The translations under genes were made by a program, and so were the position numbers. From the NCBI GenBank assembly GCA_031376405.1, contig JANMDS010000163.1, positions 1 through 57,768 of the forward strand: a stretch of DNA of 57,768 nucleotides, in the 5' to 3' direction. Source of the stretch: Betaproteobacteria bacterium. GTDB taxonomy: Bacteria > Pseudomonadota > Gammaproteobacteria > Burkholderiales > Casimicrobiaceae. How positions within the stretch are numbered: position 1 is the stretch's first letter; every line of letters starts with the position of its first letter. The notes below the pieces were generated by a model that worked only from the letters and a program-made list of their open reading frames with translations, made no database searches and was not told the origin of the DNA. This document shows positions 25,326 to 34,960 of the stretch, piece after piece.

Positions 25326-27068
25326 CTAAGCATCCGCAGTTTTCGCCGGAGCGCTTCGAGTCAGCATATCCTTTACCGCAATGTACGCAAACACAATGCC
25401 CGGCCCGATGGTGATGCCGGGTGCGGGATAGGCCGAGCCCATCATGGAGCGCATATCATTGCCTGCGGCGTAGAGGCCGGGTATTAGTTGATGGTTGGCA
25501 TCGGTCACGCGTGCATGCTCGTCGGTCGCAAAGCCTGTGGCCGCACCGATGTCGCCGGGAAATAATTTCACCGCGTAAAACGGCGCTGTTGCCAATGCGC
25601 CCAAATTTGGGTTGAGATTGCCCGCCTTGGCATCGCCAATATTGCGCTGATAGTCGGTTTCGCCCCGATGAAAATCGGGGTCGAACCCGTGTGCGGCGTA
25701 GCGGTTCATTTGTTCGACGCTTTGCTGTAATTGAGGGCCATTTATTTGGAGATAATTGGCTAAATCGGTCAAATTTGCGCCGCAGGTAAGGTAGCCATCG
25801 GCAAGATAGGCACGTAGATTGCCCGCCCCTGGGCGCACCATACCCATGCCGTATTTCTTGAGCGCTACGGCATCGCAAATGAGGTAGGCGGGCACTGCGC
25901 CCTGCACTTGCATTGCTAATCCATAGCGGTGGTACGAGGTGCTTTCGTTTACAAAACGCTTACCTTCTTTATTCACGGTAATGAAGCCAGGCTTGGCTCT
26001 GTCCATCACAAAGTGTGGGAACGCAGCGGTGCTGCCATCTGCACGTTTTCGAATCGAAACGGGTGCCCAAAATGCGTGGCTTCCGCCAGCGTGTGCGTAC
26101 ACCGCGCCGATCTCTTCGGCCAGCGTGTGGGCCGCACCCGTGTGGCCCGGTGCGGCGGGGCACCATGCGCTATCAATGCCAAGCAGCATTGCTGCGCGCT
26201 TTTCAGGGTGACGATTAAACCCACCGCTCGCGAGCACAACACCGCAGCGCACTTTGACCGTTTTTTCGTAGCCGTTTTGAACAAGCGTTATCGCATGCAC
26301 ACCGCGCGCATCCTGATGCAGTTTGCTCGGCGCGGTGTTCACGCAAAGCGCCGCGCTTTCGTGCTGTGCCAGAGAATACAAAAGCCGCGCAACGTGGGCA
26401 TTTCCCATGACCAGCCGCGTACCGCGCGGGTTGCTCAGCCGATCCCGTGCATGCCGGGCCACGATTTTCAAACAATGGCTAAATGATTTCACCGAGCCAA
26501 ACATACTGAGCAAATGCGTGATGTCTTCTCGATTGACCATCATGCCGCCCAACACCGTGAACTCTGGTATCGGTGGCCGAATGAGGGCGAATAAGCGCCC
26601 TAGCTTTCGGCCATCGAAGGGCAACGGATCGAGCGCGCGCCCACGCAAGGTTGCGCCCGCTTGGTTTGATTCGTAGTCGGGGTGCAGCGCAAACGGGCGA
26701 TACTTCACCTCACTCTTAGTTTCGATTTGTGCCAGCGCGGCGGCGCACTCTGTGATGAAGGCTTGCCGCATCTCCTCTGCGCTTTGCGCACCAACGGTGG
26801 CATTGAGGTAGGTTTGCACTTGCGCAGCCGAGTCCTCAACGCCCACTTCGTTTGCATGCGTCGAAAGCGGAATCCATGCCGTCCCTGCGGATAGCGCGGT
26901 TGTGCCGCCCACGAAAGGCGTGCTTTCAACAACCAACACGCGTAAGCCTTCGAGCGCGGCAAACACGGCCGCTGCGAGGCCAGCACCGCCCGCGCCGAGC
27001 ACCACAACATCGTAAGTATCGGGAAGCTGTTCAAGCGTTGCGGGGATTGTGGCGGCGTGGGGCATCAC
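25326..27068 (-). CDS. FAD-dependent oxidoreductase (paralogue of 22676-24352)
   Basis: 580 aa. It has YDVVVLGAGGAGLAAA and GLYAAGND motifs and starts 9 nt after the stop of the S41 peptidase gene on the same strand. Confidence 0.75.
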   Translation of the reverse strand: MMPHAATIPATLEQLPDTYDVVVLGAGGAGLAAAVFAALEGLRVLVVESTPFVGGTTALSAGTAWIPLSTHANEVGVEDSAAQVQTYLNATVGAQSAEEMRQAFITECAAALAQIETKSEVKYRPFALHPDYESNQAGATLRGRALDPLPFDGRKLGRLFALIRPPIPEFTVLGGMMVNREDITHLLSMFGSVKSFSHCLKIVARHARDRLSNPRGTRLVMGNAHVARLLYSLAQHESAALCVNTAPSKLHQDARGVHAITLVQNGYEKTVKVRCGVVLASGGFNRHPEKRAAMLLGIDSAWCPAAPGHTGAAHTLAEEIGAVYAHAGGSHAFWAPVSIRKRADGSTAAFPHFVMDRAKPGFITVNKEGKRFVNESTSYHRYGLAMQVQGAVPAYLICDAVALKKYGMGMVRPGAGNLRAYLADGYLTCGANLTDLANYLQINGPQLQQSVEQMNRYAAHGFDPDFHRGETDYQRNIGDAKAGNLNPNLGALATAPFYAVKLFPGDIGAATGFATDEHARVTDANHQLIPGLYAAGNDMRSMMGSAYPAPGITIGPGIVFAYIAVKDMLTRSAPAKTADA

Positions 27069-27077
27069 TTTGTTTGC

Positions 27078-28355
27078 TTAATAGGCGATTTGACTTGCCA
27101 ACCACTTCTGCGCGCGAGTCAGTACGCAGTCTTCGCTTTTTTGCGCGTCGGCTAACGTGATGGGGCAAGTTTCGTCGGGTGTAACGCCCACGTTATCGAG
27201 CACGCGTTTGCTCGGGGAGAGGATGCCGATGCGCGATACATTGAGCCCGCCGCCATCGGGCATTTCAATGGGTTTGATACTGATACCCGCCACGATACCC
27301 GCGCTGGCATGCCCGAACACCCGCGCCCGCGCGCTTTCTTGCAGCGCAGCGGCGAATACTTCGCAGGCGCTGGCGCAGCGCGCATCAATCAGTACGGCAA
27401 TCGGCTCTTCTCGCATGCCCGGCTTGCCACCGGCCACCCACGAACGTTCACTACTTTCAGAAAATAAACCCGTCATGCCACCGTTGCGGGTCAGCTCGTG
27501 GGCGATGATAGTTGGGGCAACAAATAAGCGCTCCGCGATGCTCATTACCACTGCCAAATCACCGCCATCGTTGCCGCGCAAATCCAAGATAAAACCGCGC
27601 GGTGCGCGTGCTTGCAACGCTTCCGCGATCACCGGCATCACGTCGCTACGGAAGCGGCGCAGGGTGATACGGCTTACATCTACGCCCAACATTTCAACGC
27701 TAATCGGGGAGGGAGGCTCTACTAAATCGGGGGTAATGGCGATCAGTTCGGATACGCCCTCGCGCTCAATGGTAAGCACGAGCGAGCGCCCAGCACGCAC
27801 GCGTAGCACGGGGGCTAGTGAGGCTTCGTGCCGACGTGAGGCGATGAATCTATCGTTGGCATTGAACGCGCGCTGAAAACGCTCGATCGCGCTCTCACCG
27901 CCAGAGGTTTTCACCACATCGCCTGCGCGTAATCCCGCTTCCGCTGCAGCGCTCTCGGGCAACACTTCTCGAATAAAAATTACGCCCTCATGCTCACCCA
28001 AACGCACACCGCGCACGCCCACATTCACCGCCAATTGCGATTGTTGTTCGGCCACGATTTTCGGCACAACACGGGTATGACTATCGTTGAGTTCCGCTAA
28101 AAGCGTGTTGATATGTTGGTAAAACGCCCCTAGTGTTTTCTTTTCCGGCAATTTTTCTTTCGCGCGCGCGGCGAGCTCGCGCCAGGCGAGGCCCTTAAGC
28201 GACGGGTCGTAATATTGTTGGGCGACAGTGTTCACCACGAAATCAAACGTTTTTTCGCGCAATTGCTGCTGAGCGGCTGCGGCATCGGTTTGTGCGTGGG
28301 CTACGCCACAACTGTGCAGGCAGCTCAACAGCGCACAAAGTGCAAATTTAAACAT
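27078..28355 (-). CDS. S41 family peptidase paralogue with a PDZ-like domain, secreted
   Basis: Start trimmed to MFKFALCALLSCLHSCGVAHAQ (signal). It has a PDZ-like GLRAGDVVK, ILDLRGNDGG, and a Ser motif region DARCASACEVFAAAL. FGHASAG occupies the position where CtpA has FGKGS. Confidence 0.7.
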   Translation of the reverse strand: MFKFALCALLSCLHSCGVAHAQTDAAAAQQQLREKTFDFVVNTVAQQYYDPSLKGLAWRELAARAKEKLPEKKTLGAFYQHINTLLAELNDSHTRVVPKIVAEQQSQLAVNVGVRGVRLGEHEGVIFIREVLPESAAAEAGLRAGDVVKTSGGESAIERFQRAFNANDRFIASRRHEASLAPVLRVRAGRSLVLTIEREGVSELIAITPDLVEPPSPISVEMLGVDVSRITLRRFRSDVMPVIAEALQARAPRGFILDLRGNDGGDLAVVMSIAERLFVAPTIIAHELTRNGGMTGLFSESSERSWVAGGKPGMREEPIAVLIDARCASACEVFAAALQESARARVFGHASAGIVAGISIKPIEMPDGGGLNVSRIGILSPSKRVLDNVGVTPDETCPITLADAQKSEDCVLTRAQKWLASQIAY

Positions 28356-29091
28356 TTCGCAAAAAGCGCGCAGTGTAGAGGCCGCTGCGCGCACAGGCGC
28401 CCGCGAACGAGGTCGTCACCACGCCAATGCCGTATTGCACCGAGCGATTGAAATTAATCGAGCTGGCTTCTTCAAAATATTTGGTCGGACACGAAACTTC
28501 GCCAATCCGCTGCCCCCGCAATATCGCTTGCGCTAAAAATTGGTTGTCAAACACGAAATCATCAGAAAAATGCTCAAACGAAAGGGCCGTGAGCGCTTTG
28601 CGTGAATACGCTCGATAGCCGGTATGGTATTCGGAAAGCTTCGCGCCCAACATAATATTTTCAAACGCAGTGAGCGCGCGATTCGCTACATACTTCCATA
28701 ACGGCATCCCGCCTTTTAGTGCGCCGCCACCCAGAATGCGAGAGCCTAGCACCACATCGTACACCCCGCTGGCAATCATGCTTGCCATTGCGCCCACCAA
28801 GCGCGGCTCGTATTGATAATCAGGGTGCACCATCACGATAATATCGGCGTTAGATTTGAGCGCTTCGGCGTAGCAGGTTTTTTGGTTTCCGCCATAGCCT
28901 CGGTTGCGAGGGTGCACGACCACGCGCACGCCGATGCGCTTCGCTACTTCTACGGTTTCATCGCCACTGGCATCGTCTACGACCAAAATATCATCAACTA
29001 CTTCGCGGGACAATCCGGCCACGGTTTGCTCTAACGTTTTAGCGGCGCGAAAAGCTGGCATTACCACCAGCACACGGTTGTTATCAATCAT
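28348..29091 (-). CDS. Family 2 glycosyltransferase (polyprenyl-phosphate sugar synthase-like, DPM1/ArnC/GtrB type)
   Basis: Start trimmed to the ATG at 29091 ([20 protein letters not shown]). It has DDASGD and HPDYQYEP motifs. An ATGA overlap joins it to the upstream gene and 8 nt overlap the downstream S41 gene. The tracked N-terminal extension is an out-of-gene artefact. Confidence 0.8.
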   Translation of the reverse strand: MIDNNRVLVVMPAFRAAKTLEQTVAGLSREVVDDILVVDDASGDETVEVAKRIGVRVVVHPRNRGYGGNQKTCYAEALKSNADIIVMVHPDYQYEPRLVGAMASMIASGVYDVVLGSRILGGGALKGGMPLWKYVANRALTAFENIMLGAKLSEYHTGYRAYSRKALTALSFEHFSDDFVFDNQFLAQAILRGQRIGEVSCPTKYFEEASSINFNRSVQYGIGVVTTSFAGACARSGLYTARFLRNV

Positions 29092-30698
29092 GAGGCAGAT
29101 TTCATCTGGGAATACCGGGGCCGTAAATCGAACACTTGGATTACAGCATCCTCCATGATGGGTGGCCCAAAACGCATCGTTAAATTGGATGCGCACGCAG
29201 CCAAATCGGGCATGGGCACACCGGGCATGCGGCGCGGATGGTGGATGGGCTTTCGCAGCACCACGAGATCGATGTGTTTTGCGCGCAAATCGTCGTCGTT
29301 GGCGAGGTACGCAAAGTTGCGCAAGGCAAGTCCTTTGCCGGGCAAAGGGTGTCCTCCGTCCCACGTGGTGCACAAGCCTTCCCCGCTCGCGGGGATGAGC
29401 TTTTGCCGAGCGATCCGCTGCCAAAGCGGATGCTCGGCATCAAAAGAGTAGAGCGACCACGGCGCTGCCGCGATGGTGACGTTCCCGTTTTTTTCGGGAA
29501 CTAGCGCTTGCCACAGCGGTGAAATCGGAACCACGCTCATGTGCTCGCGGATTGGATTTTTGTGGCGGCGCATATCGAAATGAAACCAGCTGTGGCTCGC
29601 GTATTGTTGTGGCGCGCGCAATATTTCCTGCATCGGCGTGGTCACAATCGTCGCGGCGACGAGACTGGCTGTGAGCGCGGTTGTCGCCGCGTTTGCGTGC
29701 GACTTTTCAGAAAGTCGAACAATACCTGCGGCGCAAAACAGCAGCAAAACAGGAATTATCGGCAGCAAATAGCGGGCAAACGTGAGCGGTTGCTGGACCC
29801 ACGCTGGGCGCATGAGCAAAATGGCTGCGCAGGTGAGTGCCAAACCCAACGCATACACCTGCGCAAACGGGCCGCCCGCCCGCCACACGCGCGGCGCGCC
29901 ATAGCACGCGAGCCCAAGCATCACCACGAGAATAACGTGCGAGCCCACGCCTAACCACTGGTGCGCCGCACCCCATAGTGTGGTGAGCGTGGGTAGGTCC
30001 GTTGCAGCTTTTTCTGCCAGCGCGTTGGGGTTCATGAAAAAAGGAGGACCAACGACCAACACCAACGCCACCCCACTTGCAACCGCCAGCGCAAACCAAG
30101 GCAGTGCGTGAAGCCGCGTGCGCCACAGGTTCCACAATCCGTAAACCTGGGGCGCGAACACCATCGGGGCTACGATTAAGTGCAGCCACGTCGCCAACAC
30201 CGCCACAAAAACATAGGCCACTGCAAGCGCAGCGCTTCGCCGATCCCACCATTTCAAATACAGCCAGATGGCGAGCGGCACGAGCGCAACGGTAAGCCCG
30301 TAGGGGCGGGCAATGCGCGCGTAGGTGAATAGCAAGGGCGACGTGGCCAGCAACGCACCAAACGCCAAGGCCGTATTCGCGCCCAGGCGCTTCCAAGCAA
30401 AGCCCGTTGCCACGCCTGCAAAGAGTAAACCCGCGATGAATAACGGCGCACGCATGGCCAGTTCACTCAGGCCCATCGTAGCGGCAATTGCCTTGTAGTA
30501 AAGCGTAAGCGGGATGCTGTAGTCCGCCAAACCGAACGAGGTGGCGATTTGCGTAGGGGTGCTCATCATCACCTGGTGCGCGGCGTGCCACTCGTCATCA
30601 ATCAATACTTGATCGATAAGTTGATAGCCTCTATAAAAAAACGCGAGAAGTACGATGAGCGTGATACCGAGCCCGCGTGCGCGATTGTTATTTGCCAA
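29088..30698 (-). CDS. Polytopic GT-C-like membrane glycosyltransferase (ArnT/PMT family 39-like)
   Basis: It has more than 10 hydrophobic helices and a first-loop acidic motif (LIDDEWH). The proposed start is TTG at 30698, preceded by GGGAAG at 7-nt spacing, and it overlaps the mnmE stop by 11 nt. The start is uncertain; the next ATG is at 30569. Confidence 0.6.
   Translation of the reverse strand: MANNNRARGLGITLIVLLAFFYRGYQLIDQVLIDDEWHAAHQVMMSTPTQIATSFGLADYSIPLTLYYKAIAATMGLSELAMRAPLFIAGLLFAGVATGFAWKRLGANTALAFGALLATSPLLFTYARIARPYGLTVALVPLAIWLYLKWWDRRSAALAVAYVFVAVLATWLHLIVAPMVFAPQVYGLWNLWRTRLHALPWFALAVASGVALVLVVGPPFFMNPNALAEKAATDLPTLTTLWGAAHQWLGVGSHVILVVMLGLACYGAPRVWRAGGPFAQVYALGLALTCAAILLMRPAWVQQPLTFARYLLPIIPVLLLFCAAGIVRLSEKSHANAATTALTASLVAATIVTTPMQEILRAPQQYASHSWFHFDMRRHKNPIREHMSVVPISPLWQALVPEKNGNVTIAAAPWSLYSFDAEHPLWQRIARQKLIPASGEGLCTTWDGGHPLPGKGLALRNFAYLANDDDLRAKHIDLVVLRKPIHHPRRMPGVPMPDLAACASNLTMRFGPPIMEDAVIQVFDLRPRYSQMKSAS
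29724..29760 (+). repeat. Diverged repeat unit inside the GT-C membrane protein gene
   Basis: acctgcggcgcaaaacagcagcaaaacaggaattatc. The outer 16 nt and the inner TTATC are conserved, and the T-run is replaced. Confidence 0.55.
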
Positions 30699-32070
30699 TG
30701 CAGAACTTCCCAAATATTTCACCCAGCAGATCGTCGGCGGTAAATTCACCCACAATTTCGCCCAGCGCGTGGTGGGCGAGCCGCAGCTCCTCTGCGAAAA
30801 GCTCGAGCGCGGGGAACGCGAGCTGCCCGAGCGCGGCTTCAATATGAACCCGTGCGCGTTTGAGTGCTTCAACGTGCCGCGCCCGGGCAGTGAACGTACC
30901 CTCGTGCGCGCTCGCGTAGCCTACGCTTTCGGTAATGCGGGCAATCAGCGCATCAATGCCCGCGCCCGTGAGCGCGGAGACGAACACTTCATCGGTTCGC
31001 GCAGCGGGCATTTCCACAAGCTGATCGGATTTGTTGCAAACATAAATATGGGGAACGTCCGCGGGCATGCGGGCCAAAACCTGCGGCGCAATTTCGGCAC
31101 TTTTCGAGGAATATCTCCCCAAAAAAGGTGCTTTCGAAGCCTCAGCTAAGATGAGCACTACGCTCGCCCGCTCCACCGCTTGCAAGGTGCGCTCGATGCC
31201 GATACGTTCCACGGCATCGGCGGTTTCGCGAATGCCTGCGGTGTCGATGATTTCGCAAGGCAAACCATTGAGCGCGATGCGTGCCCGGACAGTATCGCGC
31301 GTAGTGCCTGCGATGGGCGTAACGATCGCTACTTCCTCACCGGCCAGCCGATTTAACAGCGAGCTCTTGCCCACGTTCGGTGCGCCTACCAACACCACGC
31401 GAATGCCATCGTGAAGCAATTGCCCCTGCTGGGCTTGCTGGAGCACTGCTTCGAGCGCTGCACGCACATCCATCGCCTGCCCACGCGCGTTTTCCGCTTG
31501 AATAAATTCCACGCCTTCTTCTTCCGGAAAATCCAGCGTGGCCTCTGTAAACATGCGCAGGCGAATGAGCTTTTCTTGCAGCGTTTTGATATGCGCAGAA
31601 AAAGCGCCCGTCAGCGCGTTCATTGCCGCTCGGGCGGCTGCTTTGGAGCCCGCATCAATTACATCGGCTACAGCCTCGGCTTGGGCTAAATCTAGCTTGC
31701 CATTGAGAAACGCACGCTGGGTAAATTCCCCCGGATTTGCCATGCGCGTATTCCCACTTACATCCGCGGCGATACAGGCTTCAACGAGCACGTGCAACAA
31801 CAGCGGGCTGCCGTGCCCTTGCAGCTCTAACGTGTCTTCGCCGGTGTACGAATGCGGCGCTGGGAACCACAATGCCAGGCCTTCGTCGAGCGTTTCGTGT
31901 TGCGGGTTTTTGAAGTTGACGAAGGTGGCTACACGCGGCGCAAGTATTTTGTGTGTGAGTGCGAGCGCGATGCTTGCCGCACTCGCACCACTCAACCGTA
32001 CAACGCCCACGCCGCCTCGACCGGGGGGCGTGGCGATGGCGACAATAGTAGAGGGTGAAGCGCTTGGCAT
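30688..32070 (-). CDS. mnmE: tRNA uridine-5-carboxymethylaminomethyl modification GTPase MnmE
   Basis: 460 aa. It has [21 protein letters not shown] at the N-terminus, a G domain ([20 protein letters not shown]) and the C-terminal CIGK tetrapeptide. Confidence 0.93.
   Translation of the reverse strand: MPSASPSTIVAIATPPGRGGVGVVRLSGASAASIALALTHKILAPRVATFVNFKNPQHETLDEGLALWFPAPHSYTGEDTLELQGHGSPLLLHVLVEACIAADVSGNTRMANPGEFTQRAFLNGKLDLAQAEAVADVIDAGSKAAARAAMNALTGAFSAHIKTLQEKLIRLRMFTEATLDFPEEEGVEFIQAENARGQAMDVRAALEAVLQQAQQGQLLHDGIRVVLVGAPNVGKSSLLNRLAGEEVAIVTPIAGTTRDTVRARIALNGLPCEIIDTAGIRETADAVERIGIERTLQAVERASVVLILAEASKAPFLGRYSSKSAEIAPQVLARMPADVPHIYVCNKSDQLVEMPAARTDEVFVSALTGAGIDALIARITESVGYASAHEGTFTARARHVEALKRARVHIEAALGQLAFPALELFAEELRLAHHALGEIVGEFTADDLLGEIFGKFCIGK
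31079..31140 (+). repeat. Repeat unit plus part of the partner arm inside the mnmE coding sequence
   Basis: acctgcggcgcaatttcggcacttttcgaggaatatctccccaaaaaaggtgctttcgaagc. It aligns along ~60 nt with the intergenic copy at 24359-24418. Confidence 0.8.
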
Positions 32071-32106
32071 TGCGCTAGTTTATGCGGCGCACCAATTTGA
32101 GCCAAA

Positions 32107-32147
32107 ATCTGCGGCGTAAAAAGTGCCCTTTTTAGAATTTATCTCCC
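32107..32147 (+). repeat. Repeat unit, forward, overlapping the stop codon of the GST gene 32139-32765
   Basis: atctgcggcgtaaaaagtgccctttttagaatttatctccc. Confidence 0.8.
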
Positions 32148-32765
32148 ACGATTAAACGCACACCATGCCTTTACTGCCGGATGCGCCCATTGCCGTTTCA
32201 CGTAAATAGCTAGGCGTGCGGGCACGCTACCACCACTGTTCGTAATGCGCAACAACATGAGCGCGAGATCGGTATCGGCGATAGACCACGCGCCGAATAG
32301 GTTGTCTGCACCTTGCGGCAACAGCGCTTCGGCGAAGGCGATCAATTTGTCCGCCGCAGCCTGCGCATCGGACGAAAGTGGCGCAGTGGCGGGCGCGAAG
32401 AAAATAGTCTCGGTTGAGCGCTCGCTGCGCAACGCGGCCATGTCCGTGCGCACAAAGCCTTGCACTTGCCGGGCACGGGCGCGGGCGTGAATGTTTTCTG
32501 GAAGCACCCGTTTCGTATCGGGAAATTGTTCCTCCAAATATTCACAAATAGCGGTGGATTCGGAAAGTGAAAAATCGCCGTGCACAAGCGTGGGAATTCG
32601 GTGCGTGAGCGATTGCTTTACGAACGCCGGTGCGTGCTGCGCGCCCGTATTTAAATCTACGGTGAGCAGTTCAAAAGGGAGTTGTTTTTCTTTCAGTATC
32701 ACGTACACCGCCAACGCCCAGGGGCTCGCGTATTGGGCATCAACGTAGAGAGTCAAGCTGCTCAT
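32139..32765 (-). CDS. Glutathione S-transferase (YfcF-like)
   Basis: 208 aa. It has LYVDAQYASPWALAVYVILKEKQLPF.. and IPTLVHGDFSLSESTAICEYLEE. Confidence 0.75.
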   Translation of the reverse strand: MSSLTLYVDAQYASPWALAVYVILKEKQLPFELLTVDLNTGAQHAPAFVKQSLTHRIPTLVHGDFSLSESTAICEYLEEQFPDTKRVLPENIHARARARQVQGFVRTDMAALRSERSTETIFFAPATAPLSSDAQAAADKLIAFAEALLPQGADNLFGAWSIADTDLALMLLRITNSGGSVPARLAIYVKRQWAHPAVKAWCAFNRGR

Positions 32766-32777
32766 AAGATTCCTTTT

Positions 32778-33134
32778 TTAACAAGTAGAAATGGGTGAAC
32801 GCGGGATATCAATCCAATTGGCGGTTCGGCGCAATGCGTGAGCAGCGTAGGCGCGAAACGAAGGCCGCTGCGCGCGTTGAACACGTGGCGTGCGCAAGGT
32901 GTTGACGATACGTGCCCTCGCTGAGATGGCCTCTACCACGATGTGTCCGGTGTTCGGGGCAATTTCAAATCGCTCGCCTGCGCGAAGAAAGTAGTCGGTC
33001 ATCGTGCCCGGTTGTGTCACCCAAATCGTACCTAATTGCGATGTGATCGCGCCCACTTCGCGTCCGCTAAACGAGAGCGCAACGCCGCACTCAATTTGCC
33101 ATTGCTGCGATGGCTGCCGCAGTGCCGATTCCAT
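32778..33134 (-). CDS. DUF2917-like small protein (divergent from the LysR regulator)
   Basis: IWVTQPGTMTDYFLRAGERFEIAPNTGHIVVEAIS resembles the DUF2917 pattern often paired with LysR genes. The ATG at 33134 is preferred over the TTG at 33149. Confidence 0.45.
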   Translation of the reverse strand: MESALRQPSQQWQIECGVALSFSGREVGAITSQLGTIWVTQPGTMTDYFLRAGERFEIAPNTGHIVVEAISARARIVNTLRTPRVQRAQRPSFRAYAAHALRRTANWIDIPRSPISTC

Positions 33135-33219
33135 ATGCAAATCCTTCAATCAAAAGGCGCGGTGAGTTGCGCTAGGTTTAGTTTTTAACTGCATAATATG
33201 AAAATGTCGAACGAAACGT

Positions 33220-33237
33220 TTGCAATCACGACTGCAA
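33220..33237. promoter_or_regulatory. LysR-type box candidate (TTGCA-N8-TGCAA) in the LysR / DUF2917 divergent spacer
   Basis: TTGCAATCACGACTGCAA has dyad symmetry of the T-N11-A type and lies 18 nt upstream of the LysR start codon. Confidence 0.35.
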
Positions 33238-33254
33238 AAGCCGCATGCTAAATC

Positions 33255-34223
33255 ATGAGTGATTCCCGCCCGCTTTCCTTTGCTGGCCTGCGCGGCTTTG
33301 AGGCGGCCGCACGGCATTTGAGCTTGACCAAAGCCGCTCAAGAGTTGAGCCTCACGCAATCGGCCATTAGCAGGCAAGTCAAAGGGGTGGAAGAAGAGCT
33401 CGGTCTGGCGCTGTTCGTGCGCGGCGCACGCGAGATCGCACTCACCACCGCTGGCAGCGCCTTGCTCGGGCAAGTGCAGCGCAGCTTGGCCGAGCTCGAT
33501 GGCACGGTGGAGCAATTGCGCCGCGATGCCAAAGCCCCTCGCATCGCCATGACGACCTTCGCTTCGTTTGCTTCGCTGTGGCTAATTCCGCGGTTAGCCA
33601 AATTTCATGCAACCCATGCCAACGCCGACTTGTCTATTGGCGCTTCTGATCGGATTATCGATCTGGAAGGCGAAGGGTTCGATATCGCGGTGCGCATTCT
33701 TACCACTGAAAATGTGCCCGATGGTGCAGAGCTCTTGTTTCACGAGCTTTTGTTCCCCTTGGCTAGTCCTGAGTACTTGCGCACTGCACCCCGATTGCAA
33801 ACACTAGCAGATTTAGCGCAACACACGTTGATTGAATCCACCGCCCACGGCGCGGGGGAGCAGCGCACTACCTGGCGGGGCTACTTCGAAGCGCTCAATA
33901 TGAAGGAAATAAAGGGAAAATCGCGGCTGCACTTTGATTACATCGCTCAATCCCTACTCGCGGCACAAAGCGGCCAAGGCGTAACCCTCGCGCGCACCTA
34001 CGGCGCAGACTCGTACATGTCTGGCAATTTGGTGCGAGCGCTCGATGTCAGCGTTTCCCCCGATTCGGCCTGCTATTTAATCGTTTCGAAACGCACAAAA
34101 GCCCGTGCGGATGTGCGCGCCTTTACCGAATGGATTGTGAGCGAAGCGGCGCTTTTTAATAAGCGCTTGGAAGCGTGGCTCGTGCCAAAAAGTGAAAAGG
34201 AAAAAAAGCGGCGACGCAGGTAA
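33255..34223 (+). CDS. LysR family transcriptional regulator (GcvA-like)
   Basis: 322 aa. It has an N-terminal wHTH (FEAAARHLSLTKAAQELSLTQSAISRQVKGVEEELG) and a LysR substrate-binding domain. Confidence 0.88.
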   Translation: MSDSRPLSFAGLRGFEAAARHLSLTKAAQELSLTQSAISRQVKGVEEELGLALFVRGAREIALTTAGSALLGQVQRSLAELDGTVEQLRRDAKAPRIAMTTFASFASLWLIPRLAKFHATHANADLSIGASDRIIDLEGEGFDIAVRILTTENVPDGAELLFHELLFPLASPEYLRTAPRLQTLADLAQHTLIESTAHGAGEQRTTWRGYFEALNMKEIKGKSRLHFDYIAQSLLAAQSGQGVTLARTYGADSYMSGNLVRALDVSVSPDSACYLIVSKRTKARADVRAFTEWIVSEAALFNKRLEAWLVPKSEKEKKRRRR

Positions 34224-34259
34224 TTACAATCAGGTGAAGAAACTCAAGCAAAGCCCACC

Positions 34260-34910
34260 ATGCGCACGGACTCCCGCTTCCCGAACCTCACGATTGTCGA
34301 TCATCCGTTGGTGCAACATAAGCTTACGCACATGCGGGATCAAGAAACCTCCACACGCACATTTCGGCAGTTGTTGCGCGAACTCACAATGCTCATGGGC
34401 TACGAGCTCACGCGTGATTTGCCGCTCACCACCGAGAGAATATTAACGCCGCTCACAGAAATGGATGCGCCGGTGATCGCGGGCAAAAAAATTGCGGTAG
34501 TGCCCGTACTGCGCGCAGGGCTCGGCATGGCCGACGGCCTGATGGATTTGATTCCCTCCGCGCGGCAAGGCCACATTGGCCTCTATCGCGGTGAGGATAA
34601 GCGTCCCGTCGAGTATTACGTGCGCCTGCCAGAAATTGAAGGCCGGCTCTTCATCGTGTGCGACCCGATGCTCGCCACCGGCTACTCAGCAGAGCATGCC
34701 GTGAACACGCTGCTCAAGCGCGGTGTACCCGCAACCCATATCCGCTTTCTTGCGCTTGTGGCCGCGCCAGAGGGCGTGCAGGTCATGTTGAACGCGCACC
34801 CAACGGTAAAGGTGTTCACCGCCGCGCTGGATTCGCATTTGAATGAACAGGCGTACATCGTGCCCGGCCTAGGCGATGCGGGAGATCGGATTTTTGGAAC
34901 CAAGCATTAA
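34260..34910 (+). CDS. upp: Uracil phosphoribosyltransferase
   Basis: 216 aa. It has [23 protein letters not shown], a PRPP loop [10 protein letters not shown], and [16 protein letters not shown]. Confidence 0.93.
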   Translation: MRTDSRFPNLTIVDHPLVQHKLTHMRDQETSTRTFRQLLRELTMLMGYELTRDLPLTTERILTPLTEMDAPVIAGKKIAVVPVLRAGLGMADGLMDLIPSARQGHIGLYRGEDKRPVEYYVRLPEIEGRLFIVCDPMLATGYSAEHAVNTLLKRGVPATHIRFLALVAAPEGVQVMLNAHPTVKVFTAALDSHLNEQAYIVPGLGDAGDRIFGTKH

Positions 34911-34960
34911 CGTGTGCGGCACACGAGCTTCACGCGCCATTAAGTCAAAATAACGCCACC

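Noticed and set aside
25455-25790. Short matches to the repeat end (CCTGCGGCG at about 25455, GCGCCGCAGGT at about 25770) inside the FAD oxidoreductase gene.
   Set aside because: Only the 9-11-nt GC-rich end matches. There is no A-run/T-run and no TTATCTCC part. That is compatible with chance in GC-rich Ala/Gly/Arg codons.
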